Origin: Lama glama
Lineage: Eukaryota
Direction of reading: 5' to 3'
Length of the DNA stretch: 64,000 bases
Assembly: GCA_028534125.1 (NCBI GenBank)
Contig: CM052817.1
Coordinates: forward strand, 67,396,001-67,460,000
The notes under the pieces are model-generated. The model worked only from the letters and a program-made list of their open reading frames with translations. It had not been told where the DNA came from and ran no database searches. A program made the position numbers and the translations under genes. This document shows positions 38,486 to 51,899 of the stretch, piece by piece (within the stretch, counting starts at the first letter, position 1; each line of letters opens with the position of its first letter).

Positions 38486-38957
38486 AATGTGTAGTAGTGT
38501 AGAGAGTTGGTTCAGCTCTTAGACCTGCACGCAGACTCCTGGCTCTACCATTTTCTATTCCCATGTGTGACCTTTGACCAAATAAAGTTCCACAATTCAC
38601 TGTGGTATTTGCTCTGTCTGAAATTTGGTATGTCCCCTTACTTTGTAAATAACACTTATGATTTTCTATAAACTGATGTGTTGGTAGTTTTTCAAATGGG
38701 CCACCAACTATGTTCCAGGAACACAGAGACAATAATATCAAACTCAGCTGTCTCTGAACTTTTATTCTCTCATTTCTAAAGAGAATAGCAATAGTAACCT
38801 GCCTCATGGAATTTCTGTAAAGACTGAATGATACAATGCAAACTACTTGGCAAAGAAGTCCCTGGCGCATAACAGAGATTCAATAAACCTGGACTATCTA
38901 AAGGGAAAGAAAGGATAAAAGGGAAAAGAAGGATAATAAATGTGAATGAGAGTTGGA

Positions 38958-39152
38958 CACAAATGATGCTTTTGTTACTCACAGTATATCACACTACAAT
39001 GATTAAACAAGACCAGTTTTAGGGCCTCAGATAGAGAAGTGAGCACAAATAATGCTTTTTTTTTTTTTAAATAATGCTTTTGTAACTCACACTACATCGG
39101 CTATGGAATGATTAAACAAGACCAGATCCTGAGCCTCAGATATAAAAAAGGG
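38958..39152. repeat. Diverged tandem duplication, unit about 86 bp
   Basis: cacaaat(g/a)atgcttttgt...aatgattaaacaagaccag...gcctcagata occurs twice head-to-tail. Confidence 0.85.
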
Positions 39153-39214
39153 TCACCTTTTCAAATACAAAAGAAAAAAACTATTTTGGGGAAAAGTAAG
39201 CCAGTTACCTATGG

Positions 39215-39815
39215 CATATCAGTTCAAGCAAGAAGGTCCACTATGAACAATAAGGAATAAAGGATTTATGATAGAACTTACTGAATTTGGGGAGCTGGTG
39301 ATGGCTTCTATGAAAAGCCGCTGTCTCTGTGTCTGGGGAGGTCTGAAGTCATGGAATGTAAACAGGCACATATTTAAGATAAAAAGCTGGGCATGAAATG
39401 GGTGAAAGCAAATGCAAATTGGAATGTGAAAGAGTAAACAGGAACCCACAAGACAAACTAGAAGTTGCCGGCGGCTCTCCCTCTCCGTGCCTCTAAACTT
39501 GACCACACAATGGCTGTATACAAAGCTGGCACACTCGACCTCACAGTTGTGTACACGTTTGGCCCAGGTCTCAGGGAAGCTGGGAATATCCAGTGAGAGC
39601 CAGAGAAGCCGCAGACCCAGCTGCTGCAGGACATCAGCAACGTGTATCTGAAGATCAGCTACAATACAGCCTCTGGCGTCCTGCACACTAACCCTCCAAG
39701 CATAATTACTGCTGCTTCACGTCCATCTTTTAAATCTTGCATAAATTTTCTTACAGCCAGCCCTAACTTGGACCCATACAGAGAAGAGAATTCTGGGAAA
39801 TGTATTTCCCAATAA
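39215..39815 (-). mobile_element. Probable old LTR (ERVL/Gypsy-type), family not assigned
   Basis: Begins tatcagttc..., ends gccctaacttggacccatacagagaagagaattctgggaaatgtatttcc, typical of ancient mammalian LTRs. Confidence 0.5.
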
Positions 39816-40201
39816 GACCACTTCTCAACCTCTATGATAAATTATCATGTCTTATTTTTATCACTGACTATTAAATCCTGTGGTAAATATATAAGAATAA
39901 ATGCTTTGTGTGAGTTTGAGATAGTAAGAACTATCATATATTGATAATTAAATGCATAAAAGAAAAATCAACTTCCACTGAATGTTCGTTATGCATGAAA
40001 TATTTCTCAGCACCTTTCACATTACCATAATAATCCTCACAACTGCTTTGTAGACTATTCTCTAATTTACATTGATACTCATTTAAAAATTAGGCTCACA
40101 GGTGAAATAATTACCAAAGGAACCAGAATATATGGCAAAACGTGATCTGAACATGGGTCTTTGATGTCAAAGTAGAGATGCCTTTTGTACTGGATTACAG
40201 C

Positions 40202-40378
40202 AAAAAAAAGGAGGAGAAGAAGAAGAAAGAAAGAAGAAGAAGAAGAAGAAGAAGAAGAAGAAGAAGAAGAAGAAGAAGAAGAAGAAGGAGAAGGAGAAGG
40301 AGAAGGAGAAGGAGAAGGAGAAGAAGAAGAAGAAGAAGAAGAAGAAGAAGAAGAAGAAGAAGAAGAAGAAGAAGAGAA
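40202..40378. repeat. Compound polypurine microsatellite, about (GAA)18(GGAGAA)6(GAA)18
   Basis: 177 bp with only A/G on the + strand. Confidence 0.98.
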
Positions 40379-42019
40379 CATCGTAGTTCTATTAAGAAAA
40401 AATATCAAAAAAGTTCTAAGAGCTTGAACATGTTAGTGGCAGGTAGATGGAACAGTGATGATTAGATGGCTTGGAAATAATTCATTAAAAAAAAGGGTAC
40501 TACATCCAGAGACGAGAAAACTGAAAGGCAGAATGGTCTTCACATATGTGAAAGATTCTTCCTAATAGGATTGCATGGTTGTCAAAAAGGTGATGATTCT
40601 GTGATTGACAGGAAGACAGCAACACATACAGGCAAAGGATATGAGTTCTCTTAGGGAGGGTAAAACATATATAATTTACTACAGACAGCTGTACAAGCCA
40701 GGCAAAAAGAGCGCCACATCCAGACAGAGAGGCAAGCCAGGCCTCCTGACCCTTCAAGTCCTTATGAAGCAGTCTTTCTACTTGGATACTACCTAATCGG
40801 AGTTAAGATTCTGTCACATCCTTCAAACAGACTTGGCTTATCATTCTCAAAGGTTTTGTAACTTCTGGCTATTTCTACCTGTTATTGAAACTCTGGCCAT
40901 GTGCTTGACTCTTCACCAGGTTCAAGAAATTTGTAAAAACCTCAGTACAGATCTGAGTTGAATGTTTTCCGGGCATAGCACACCCCTCGCCTGCTCAGGC
41001 TTTAGGCCTGCGTGCGATTAATTCATTCAGCTAGCAGAGCTTTCATATCCAAAAATGACTGGGCAGAAAAGAGGAAATGATCTTAAACTCTGAAACTAGA
41101 AGTCTAATTTAAGTACAAAAATATGTTTTATGATAGTGGGACTTCAAGAGACCAGAATGAAGACTATAGAATTTCTATGACTTAAGGTTTTTCCTTTTTA
41201 ATGGAATAGGTCATTTTCTCTCTGGTTTGCTATAATTGTGATTCTAGATAGTTCACCTTCCAAAATTTTATTCAATTTTACTCAATTGAATTTTATTTAA
41301 TAATTCATTTAGAAGATATCTGAGTGCCCACCACATACCAGGCACTGCCTAGACGTCAAAAAATGGAAGACTTGACTACGTAGGTTTCAAAAAGAGATTA
41401 TAAAAATCCTTCCTGATACACACCAAATAAAGTTATCAGACTTCTACAGTTTGTTGTAATTTGATACTTCCTCTTCCTTTGTAAGTAACATATCTGTTTT
41501 CCATAAGTCATTTTCATAAATATATGTGCAGTATCTTTCTTATGTTGGTTGAAAACTGCCTTTGTAGTCCATGTAGATCAAGACTTGGCCACCACAATAT
41601 TGAGTTATTAGCAAATTATTCATAGAAAGAACATTTTCAACATTATGGAGACAATTCAGAAACTTACTTTTCTTAGTAAATATTTTAAACACCCTAATTA
41701 GCAATCAGCTACTAATAATTTTTGAATTTTCTGTTCAAACAAAAGGTAGCAGGCAGGTTTCATGAAATAATTATGAAGAGTTTGTGCCAACATAGAGACA
41801 TTCGTGAGCCACTTTTTATGGTTTTTCACCTTCCAGAGTATCTGCGAATATTAAACCAAATGCCTGCCATATTCCACATCCTTTACTGATGCCTGGTAAC
41901 ACTGCCTCCTTGTTTAAACAGCTTTCTGGGAACTTTTCTCGGTCTGTGATGAGGACCAACTAGATTTATATGCATCCTCTTTTCCTAGGATTCCTTTTCT
42001 CACTATTCATTGTAAATTT

Positions 42020-42147
42020 AGTTTTTCTTTTTTGTTTTTTGGTGGGGGGAGATAATTAGGTTTATTTATTTATTTATTCTTGGGGGAGGTCCGGGGGATT
42101 GAACCCAGAACCTCATGCATGCTAAGCATGTGCCCTCCCTACCCCCT
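42020..42147 (-). mobile_element. tRNA-derived SINE (Vic-1-like), with a deletion in the A-box region
   Basis: taattaggtttatttattt...ggggattgaacccagaacctcatgcatgctaagcatgtgc is the reverse complement of the 28285 element. Confidence 0.88.
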
Positions 42148-42149
42148 CA

Positions 42150-42740
42150 TTCTAGTGGTTGGACATCTCCTGCTTTTAATTTTCTCTTTTTTACAGCCTC
42201 TGAGTCTCATTTTAAGGTTGCAGCCACTTCACTATTTATCTGAAGACACTAATTATAATGTTTTTAATATTTTTTCTGCTCTCTGAATTGTTTAGTAATT
42301 CTTCAAAGTTCTTTTGCCTTTGTTTGTGCTCTCTCTCCCATGTTATGGGGCCTTTTTCCCCCCCCATAAAATGGCTGTCCATTCATATCTCAGTTGCAGT
42401 GCTGAGAAGCTGCTTGGATACTCTGTGTCCATGGGCTGGTCTTATTTACTGTCTCTCTGCAACGTAAGGTGATCAGGCTGAACCGTTTTACCAGGGACTC
42501 TGGAACACTCAATACCTCTACGATTTCTTCTACCAAAAGGAATGCTTTACTTTCCTATCTGGGATTTATAGCCTGGCTACCACTGTTCTTAGATTCAAGT
42601 AGGGAAGTTCTCTCACTTTTCAGAATGTAGCTTTTTACATAATCTCACTTTTTTCAGCACAAGACTCTCCACCTTCAGCTGTGTCTTTTGGGACAGACTC
42701 ATGAGAGATTAAACCTCTGATTTTCAACCAGTCTAAGGTA
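42150..42740 (-). mobile_element. Old L1 5'/ORF1-region fragment
   Basis: T-rich antisense L1M-like sequence; family not resolved. Confidence 0.4.
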
Positions 42741-44419
42741 TGTCATGTGGCTTGGCTTCTAGGATGTAAAATGTGCTATAACTCTTGTAGCAGAAACACG
42801 GTGTCCACAGAGGAGCAAGGTATTTTTGAGCAGAATTACAATGGACTCAATCTATCTACTGGAGAAATAATGTCCTTAAATAGCTCTATGTGGCCAACTA
42901 TAAGTTCTCACAGAACAGCATTTTAGAATGTTGCTAAATTAATATAAAATAATATCAGCAAATTCTCTAACTACACAATGCAATGGACATCAAGTCACAA
43001 AAGTACCATACTCCTTAAAAATTATCCTCAATCCCTCATAATGCCTCCTCTGTCTGTTTCCATGGTCTCAGGGGTCCTACATCATCCGCGTTCTCAGTTC
43101 CCATAGCTCCACTGGTTTCAGGGCTTCATACTGGCTCTTTCCCCCTGGGTGCTTTGGTGTCCCTCTTAGATATTGCTTTCTCTTAATCCCCAGGCAATAT
43201 CAACTCTCTCTCTCACTACTTCCATTTTAATGAGGAGATATTTCTCCCCCCTCTGTCAGTATTGTATTTATTAATATGCTTTAAAAAGAAAAATCTAATA
43301 GCACTCCTAGAAACAGAGGCCAAAAATCCCTCTCAATTTCAAGATAGGACAACATTGAAACTAGACCCACTACAGCTTCCTTTCCTGGTGAGTTTAGGTG
43401 TGTCTTATGATCATCTAAAATTCTCATTCCTTGGAATTCTTTGGAATTCTTCAAGAGAGGGGTGGGCCAAACTTTACCCCGTTCCTCCTCCTGAAATCTC
43501 AATTCTAGAGTTGGACTCCTGATCTAGCTGAAGATCCAGAGTATGTGAGGGAGGTGACTGCCAACATATACCATGGCTTCTGGTATCCTTTCAGTCCATT
43601 GAAAGTGCCCTCTTAAGAAAGACCCTGAGTTCAAATCCTGCATATAGGCACAATTCATAAATGCATCAAAGGGGACTGATTGAGAAGGAAAACAAGAAGA
43701 TGTCTCTCTCTTCTATCTCTCTCTTTCTCTCTCTCTCTCTCTCACACACATACACACACCTCTGCCTTTGGCAGTTAAAAATTATGACCAAACACTGCTT
43801 AGTAGCTCCCAGTTGCTATGAGGTTATAAAGGAAGACAGCTGATCTCTAAGGTAACAAGTGTCCAAGTCAAATAAAGCCATACAGATTAAAGTCAACACT
43901 TTAAAATTAAAATGAAATGGTATCCTGCACTGGCTGTGAGGTGCAGGTGTTCCATACTCTCTATGACCAACAGCCTTAACCAAACAGGTTGTAACTACAG
44001 CATCTTAGTTCAAAACTTCCAGCCAAACTCTAGCTTTGTTTTCCTGATAAAGCTTTACCTGGAATGGTAAATGTTTGAAATATAAGAGAAATTTAGACAG
44101 ACAGAAAAGACAAGGAGTCCTTGAGAAAGAGACTCTGTACCTGGATTAGTGGGTAAAGGCCAGGAGTCAGGGTCATGCCTTTTCCTAATGTGTCTTTAAA
44201 CAGAACTAAGGCCCTGATGATAAAGGTTGCATAGACAATAGGGTCTGGGGTGGCTTCCTTCCAGCAACATATTTCTTGCTACGCAGGATACAAATATAAA
44301 TAACTTACTATTCCTCACACTTATGTCCTTCTTTCCCTTCCCTCTCATTCATTTTTTCTGTATTTTCAATCTGCCCCCCAACCCTAATGCCCCATTTCCC
44401 ACGGCAGAAACACAAGTGC

Positions 44420-44640
44420 ATAGTGAGAAAAGCCCAGAATCTAAAATCAGAAGACTTAAGAGTCCTCAGCTCCATCACTTGATAGCTGTGAAAATCAGAA
44501 AAATCTTTGAATCCTTGTGAACTTAATTCCTACTTTGTGAAATGGGAATAATCACCATACTATTTTAAGATCTGAGTTGAGGATCAGATCTCATCTTCGT
44601 TAAAGCATCTTGCGGTAAATAAGTGCTCCTTATTAATATT
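44420..44640 (+). mobile_element. MIR SINE
   Basis: ctcagctccatcacttgatagctgtg...tgtgaaatgggaataatcacc. Confidence 0.75.
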
Positions 44641-44914
44641 CCTTAAAGAGTTTGAAGGAAACAAGGATTCATAGGCATATGAATAGCAAAGGTGCCACAC
44701 TGACCTCATAAATGTCTATGTTTAAGCTCCGTTTTAAAATTCTGACTTTTAGGTTGGATTCTTTTCTTCTAATTTGTGTGGAATTCTGACATCAGGCCCA
44801 GTAATACTGAATACTAACCACATTTTGTTGGTGATACTATGATAGCAAATAGCATGAAGATGCATTTTAATGACCAATTCTTTCCTTTAGTTCATCAAAA
44901 AGGATATGAATTTT

Positions 44915-45130
44915 AACAGCCAACACTTCTTGGAATGCTTACTATGTTCCAGGCAGTGTTCTAAGTGAACACATGTGTTATCTCATTAAATCGTTGTAAC
45001 AGTCCTATGAGGAATCGTCCCCACTTTACAGATGAAGAAAGGAAAGAGCAGAAGAGCATTTACCTGAGGGAGAAGCAACGGTGCCACAGTTGGAACAGAG
45101 CCATCAGCCCCCGAGCCTGGGTTCATAACA
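44915..45130 (-). mobile_element. MIR SINE
   Basis: gaatgcttactatgttccaggcagtgttctaag...cccactttacagatgaagaaa. Confidence 0.8.
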
Positions 45131-45959
45131 GGTGGACTGGAAGACTTCTCCACGTGACTGTGTACTGTATACTGAGAGGACTGTTAATCAGTCAAAGTTA
45201 AGATGAAAGGAAGCGAAAAGATCCCCTAGTCTACCCTTCCCTCAGATGGAGAGAGAGAGTCGGCCTACAACATCCCTGAAAGATCACCACCCCGCCTCTG
45301 TCGAGCTGACACGTCTGAAATTCAGCTGCTGCTGTTTGGTCAGCCTGAGCCAGCTCTGGGTGGTGGCAAATCCAGGTGTAAGAGGTTTCCTGGCAACTAG
45401 AACCGTAACCTTGGCGGAACAGCCCCAGCCCTCGATTTTTCTTTCCCTCACTTCACCCGTACGTGTCTTTCCTTTCTTTGTCAAATATCTTCTGGCTTTC
45501 CAAAAGAGAAAAGAAGAATTAAAGCTTGTTTCATGAGGCCAGAAATGAGTTATTTTCAGGGTTTGATACCCTATTATTGCTATTTTTTAAAATACAATGT
45601 TATCTTTTGAATTTCCACCCTTCCATTTCTTAACAGACAGAGGTTACACGTTTTTAAAAAGTCAAAATCATATTCCTTTCTGTTATTTTGGAAAACGTGG
45701 GCATTCACTTGAAGAAAAGCATTCTTTGTGACACTCAGGTCAAGGGTCCCCATTCGAAGGCCTACTTCAGCTGGGGGCCCTGCTCCCACCTCACTGGGCT
45801 GCCCCACCGCGGTGGCAAGGGAGTCAAGCATCAAGGACAAAAGAGGCACCTTCGTCCTGCTGCTGTTTCTCACAGGTAAAACGGGAAATCAAATCCCTGC
45901 CTCTCCCGGCAGCACTGTCCTCTCTGAACAGGACATTAACTTCCACAAAGGAGCCTGGT

Positions 45960-46200
45960 GGTAAACGCGGTGATTAGCTAGATAGGCCTGAACAGCTGGG
46001 CTCCGGAGCCGGCAGCGCGCGGGGGAGGGGCAGGACCAGCACCCGGGCCTGTGGTTCCATCTAAGCGGCGGCGGCGGCGGCGGCGGCGGCAGCAGCAGAT
46101 GAAAAGCTTCCAGAGGTGGGGGCAGGGGAGAGCCCAGATTGTAAACATCTCTTGCCTGTTGCCTAGAAGCAGTGGCAGCAAACAATCCAAAGACTGCTCC
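45960..46200. promoter_or_regulatory. GC/CpG-rich element containing (GCG)8(GCA)3; candidate promoter or enhancer
   Basis: 16 CpGs in about 125 bp; trinucleotide run 46065-46097; G-tracts; forkhead motif tgtaaaca at 46140-46147; lies in about 3 kb with no recognised repeats. Confidence 0.55.
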
Positions 46201-48367
46201 TAGATTTTCAAAATTTCCTTTCTACGCAGGGCTCTGTTTCTTTTTAAAATATGCGGCCATTTTATAAGGTCATCAGCCCACCTGCGACGTGTGCGTATAT
46301 TTTCATAATTTCCCAGCCACCACGTTGTTAACTGCTTACCTAAAGTGGTCAATTATGGTTGAATAAAACCTTGTTAATGTAAGTACATTAAATCTGCGGC
46401 TTTTATAAACCTTTTAATGACTGTTCTATATTAGGCACTCTTATTTTTAAGAACCAACAGAAATTTAAAAATATACTTTGTTTATAGGGCAAATTTGATC
46501 ATTCCTGATTGATGGTTGTCTGAAACAAGGTGTGAGGAAGGGCGGGGGTTATGTATTATAAATTGGTTGAAAATGTGATAACAGTAATGTTATAGGCTGT
46601 CTTGCAGAAATGAACTATGAAATATCACATGCACACTCATACACTCACACACGTGCACAGAGCAAGAAAAGGGCAGGGCAGTAATAGTGGAAGATTTTAA
46701 TTACCTACGCATAGGACAGGATTACATCAAGTGGAGGAAGTAGGGCTGGATCTGGTGCAAAGCTGCTTTCTAATTTAATGTGTACATCAACCTGAAAAGG
46801 AAGGAAAGAATGCCAGGCTTCCAATTAAATAATATTTAGGACTCAAAGGAAAGAGAGAATATGGAAAGCAGTGATTAAATCTCATTAAGCATATGATTTA
46901 ATCCCAAATAGAAGCTAGAGGTGTTTAGAGACAACATGGAAATTTAGGGAGATCGAAAATAAAATACATCATACAATCATTAATTCAGAAAGAGACAGGC
47001 CACTGAATTAAGGTTAAGGTAAATAACAGGGAAGTGGTTTTTAAAAACACAGCATCACCCAGAATGCCAGTCCCACTAATAAGTGGTAAGTTTGTTTTAG
47101 CATTTTACAAGATCAAAGTGGAAAAGTAATGTTTCTAGAATGATGCAGCAAAGAAAAGGCTCCCCTCCCCTTTTCCAAGATCCAGAAATTTTAAAGAAAT
47201 TGAAAATCAAATCCTCTACCCTTGGAAGGGAACGCTAAAAGGGCCAGGGGAGAAAATGCGACCAAAAATTTTACCAAATCAGAGGACAAACTTCTTTGAT
47301 GACATTAAAAGCACACAACCCAGCAAGGCATCCTTAGGGCCATTAAGGGGGTGAGTGGGCAGTCGGCAACAGAGGAGGCTGCCTTTGCTGAGAGCCTGAA
47401 TGAATTCTCTGCCTGCGTATTTACCAGAGAAGCTGAAGGTCACGTCCCGGAAATCGGGATACATTTTCTTGAGGGGAAAAGTGAAATGTTAAAAGGATTT
47501 TATGATCACAGAAGAGCAGAGAGTTGGGCAATTAGAACTATTAAAAGTTGACAGGTCATAAGACCCAGATTAAATATGTCATGGAAATCTGAGAGAAGCG
47601 CAGAGGAAACAGGAAATGCCTTCCGCAGCATTTCTTAATAGCTCGCTTGGAAGGAGACGGAAGAATCCAGCCCGGAGCTCTTCTAGGACTAGGTGTTTAA
47701 AAGAAATCCTTGGAATCTTTAGAAATCCAGCCACCCATAACCTGAGTCATGGTGACAACGCAGTTAGTGCCCACCCTTATTTTGCAGTTTTTAGAAATAC
47801 TTGATCTGGCGAAGAGTTCACATTAGCTGTATAAATCACAAACAGTTGGCATTTTCATAGAAATAGCACTATCCCACACAAGTGAAAATGGAAGCCACTT
47901 AACTGCATTTAAATTTCTTGAGTTATTTCTTATAGAGAGTTGCATCTCTAATCTGTTTGCATTAAATGAAGCAGTACAGGTGTCAGTCCAAACTATCCCT
48001 AGACTCAAGGGAATGTGTGTATGTATAATGGAAAGGAAAGCTCCTGGAAATTACTGTCCATTGCTACTTTCGTCATCACCATCACCATCAGGGCATGGTT
48101 GTTAAATACATGCTCGTGTATGACACTACAGCCAGGGAGTGGTTTGAGGGGGGGCATCATTCCTTTTCTGTCTCTAAGTTTGGATTTCACAGTGATTCAT
48201 CTCATGCCTTTTGTTATTGTCTTCTCAACTATCATGGCACTGTACGATCTTTAAAAACAAAAAATAAAAATACTCCACTTTTTGAGGATGTGCTTAGAGT
48301 TGACAACTGCTCCACCCATCAGCCTCCTGCTGCGTTTCCAAGAACCAATAAAAAGAATGTAAATAGA

Positions 48368-48652
48368 AACGGTCTCACAGACATAAAAAATAAACTTATG
48401 GTTACTAAAGGGGGAAGTGAGGAGAGATAAATTAGGAATTGGGGATTAACAGATACACACTACTATATATAAAATAGATAAACAACAAAGACCTACTGTG
48501 TAACACAGGGAACTATAATTACCATCTTGTAGTAGCCTATAATGGGAAAGAATCTGAAGAAGGATATGTAAATATATACACACACATATATATAACTGAA
48601 TCACTTTGCTGTACACCTGACATACTGTTAATCAATTATATTTCAACAATAA
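48368..48652 (+). mobile_element. Young L1 3' end
   Basis: ctcacagacataaaaaataaacttatggttactaaagggg...gaatcactttgctgtacacctga; TSD aaaagaatgtaaataga (48351-48367) and aaaataatgtaaataga (48653-48669). Confidence 0.93.
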
Positions 48653-51600
48653 AAAATAATGTAAATAGACACAGAATTGTGAAGTTAAAGTCAAAAGGGT
48701 AAGTGGCATTACTTAATGTTCATTAATCACTTAAAAACTGCATTTTCTTTTCCTTCTGCCCTTCCTCCTCTCCCCCTCCCTTCCTCTCCATCTTCCTTTC
48801 TCTCTGCCTGCCCTCCTTCCTTGCTGCCTACTTCAAATATTTATTGAATCCGCTGGACCAGACTGTAAGATTTAATGGTAACAACATGCAAACATGTATG
48901 ACTGTCCTCAAATAATTCTCAGAGTAATGGTGATAGTGACAGTGTGAGAGTCAGTAAAAGAGTACAAAACCCAGGGGGTCCAGAATGATGTAAGGGAGTA
49001 GGTAACCCAGCCAGGGCTAGTCAAGGGGACGGTGGGCTATAGAAGGAAACAAGAGGAGTTAACCAAGTGAAGGGAAGTGAGAAGGTATTTCATAAACACA
49101 AAGAGTGTATTTTCAAAGGTTTAGACAGGAAACAACACTGTGAACTCCAAAAGATGCGACCAGATCATTCTCTCATTTTGTATTTTTACATTTCTTTCTA
49201 CCAAACCCTACCACACTAACTGCATTTATTATGGAATTGAATTTCTTATATTTTCTTAAGAAGAAAAGAGCACAAACAGAAAACAACAAAGTGTGTGGAG
49301 AACTGACTGAGTTAGAAAAAGGATATAATAAGTGTTCACAAATTTCAGAATAATGCACTTTTGTTTACTTTTTTCATTAATGACTGGGAGAGGTACACTT
49401 CAAAAGTGAAATTTTGGTGGCTTACCCCAAAAATGAGGATGGTGAAGAAAGGTGGTGACACTGACGTGACTGAGCACACAGGCTCCGTGGACCTAAAAGG
49501 AGCAGGAATAGCTGATGCAAGGAAGGGGGAAAGCTGCACAGCGCAGGCTGGCTGTACTCACACGGAGAACAGAGAACACAGTGCGAATACGGACCAGAAG
49601 GACACAGTGAAGCCGTGGTCAACGTGAAAATAATACTTCCTAACTTTTCTTACCAAGCCATCCTATTAGAGACTAGTGAAATCATCCTTGCAGAAGTACT
49701 GAAAAAAAGTCACTCCTGAAAATCACTCCCCAAAATAGCTCTCCTAGCTCTAGAGCTGTGTGATACACACCCAGCGTTCCTCACCCTACCGCAGAGCCCC
49801 AGCCAGGAAGCCTGCTTTGCAGGAATCACATCAACTTTCTCCTTTACTGATCGTCTCCCCCGGAATCCACAGTCACTGTGCCACTCACATCCCTCAGTCC
49901 TGGGGAACATTAGCAAGCAGCACTCTCAGAAAAGGGAAGCTTTTCGTATCCTCAAATCTCCTCTTTTTTCCATCTTGCACATTTGGCTTAATATTTCTCT
50001 AGTTTCCCTGATAGAACTCTGTGCTTTGGAGAAATACGTCCATAATCATTTATCTGTAGTGTGTGATGTGCCCACTTTATCTGGCTTATTCCTGCAAAGT
50101 CACTACTAATTACAGAAGACAAATCTTTATTCCTAAATGAGAGAATTTTAAAAGCAAACTAGCCCAATGATGACATTCGCCTGGAAGGAAGTAGGGATAG
50201 GAAGGGGGGTGCTATGGGACTTATCAGAGGGCCTGTAAACATGACATTAAAAATAATACACATCCAGTACCTCACTGGCCATCATGCTGGACTAGGGTGC
50301 AGGACGCATTGGCCAATGTTTCTATTTTAGTTGCTGGATCACAGGGTAGCCATAATTGTAAATCAAAATACATGAAAACAACTTATTTCATCTCCTTGAC
50401 TCAGAAAGTAGGCTCTCTGCTGAAAAGAAAAAAAAAAATTTTTTTCACATGCCAGCGACGTTATTTCCCTGCTTATCTGTCTGATTTCAAAGCCAGAAGT
50501 GGGTTATACCATCTAGTATCAAAATTTTAAAAAATGGTATGTATCAAATGATTAATTGCTTGATGATTTGCAAATAAAAATAGGGTTTATGTGTCATTTT
50601 ACTTCTCAAGGAGGTAGTGGAGGAGTAAAAAAAAAAAATCAATTGATCAATACATATAGATGATTAAGAACACTGAGCTGATTTCAGCAAATTGAAGCCC
50701 AGGGCCAAGAACTGTCTTTGACTTGCTTTCTGACCTCTGGCAAATCAATTAAAATTCATCTCTACTCACTTGCGACACCTTTAAAAGTAGAAATAAAAAG
50801 AATCTCTCCTTACTGACCCAAACAATTGCTGAAATGTAAGAGATGAACCTCAAAAATAACTTTGCAGTAAATACCATGTGACAAGCATTGCTTTAAAGCA
50901 GTGACACATATGATAGAGAAGAGTCCTAGAGGTCATAGTGAAACAAATACAAACGTCTGGAAACAATACTTGGGTAAATAAAAAAAGAGTCTCTTGGAAG
51001 GGGAAACCTAAAGTCAAACTACTAGAGTGAAAATAGTTGAGACATTGACACATATTTAGGCATGGTTTCGGAAGGAAAAGTTTCCATTAGGAGGGAAAAC
51101 TTTTCACCTGTTTTCAACATCTCTTTCATACCTCTCCCTTGTTTGCAGCCCTGGCTATCCCTGCCACTGGTAAGGCAAGATCTAGAGTGACGTTTTAGTA
51201 TTTGTATGTGGTTTCTTCAAAATACGGTTTTCTATCAAGCAGCACAAGCTTGGGTCATTCTAATCTCTTTTCCAAATTTTATTTATATTCTCTTTCTATA
51301 GATATTAGACACACTTTACTCTGATTTTATCAAGCAACAATAACGTATTTTCAGACACTGAATGATATGTGCACATTAAACAAAAGAAATGATGCATTCA
51401 AAGCCTAAATGCAATTAAAGATGCTTTATAAATATTTTTAAAACACTTTTATAAATTCTCTATAATTTTAAGAATCTGGGTAAATATACATAGTCCATTT
51501 CAACCTATAGCCCCAAATGTCAATTGTGTTTATGAAAATTCCTACACAATTCAGATATATCTCAGAATTCAAAGAATGATACTAGAAAAATATACAACCA

Positions 51601-51714
51601 TATTCTAAAAAATAGCCAGGAATAGTCTGGGAGAGGTGGGAAAAAAGGCCAGAGTTGAGGTTAAGTCTATTCATGGGAACAAAAGTTGATTTTAAAGTCG
51701 GCTGATACCCAACC

Positions 51715-51717
<3 letters not shown>

Positions 51718-51749
<32 letters not shown>
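51718..51749. repeat. (CA)16 microsatellite
   Basis: Direct reading. Confidence 0.95.
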
Positions 51750-51751
<2 letters not shown>

Positions 51752-51899
51752 TCAATTGAGTTGTGAGCTATGCTTATTTACACCTCATTCTAATTTGTAT
51801 GTGATATGGTTGTAAGAACAGCTTAGAAATTAAAAAAGCGTATGTTGCTACTGTAGTATAGTTAAATAAGTATAGGACATACTGAGTCAACTGTGCTTA

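Noticed and set aside
40079..40465. Poly-E/GE (RPGR ORF15-like), poly-R and poly-S ORFs
   Set aside because: Translations of a GAA/GGA microsatellite; no flanking coding context.
45246..45375. Possible plus-strand exon or ORF starting after cccttccctcag
   Set aside because: Acceptor is plausible, but the donor (CAG|gtgtaa) is weak and the peptide is unrecognised.
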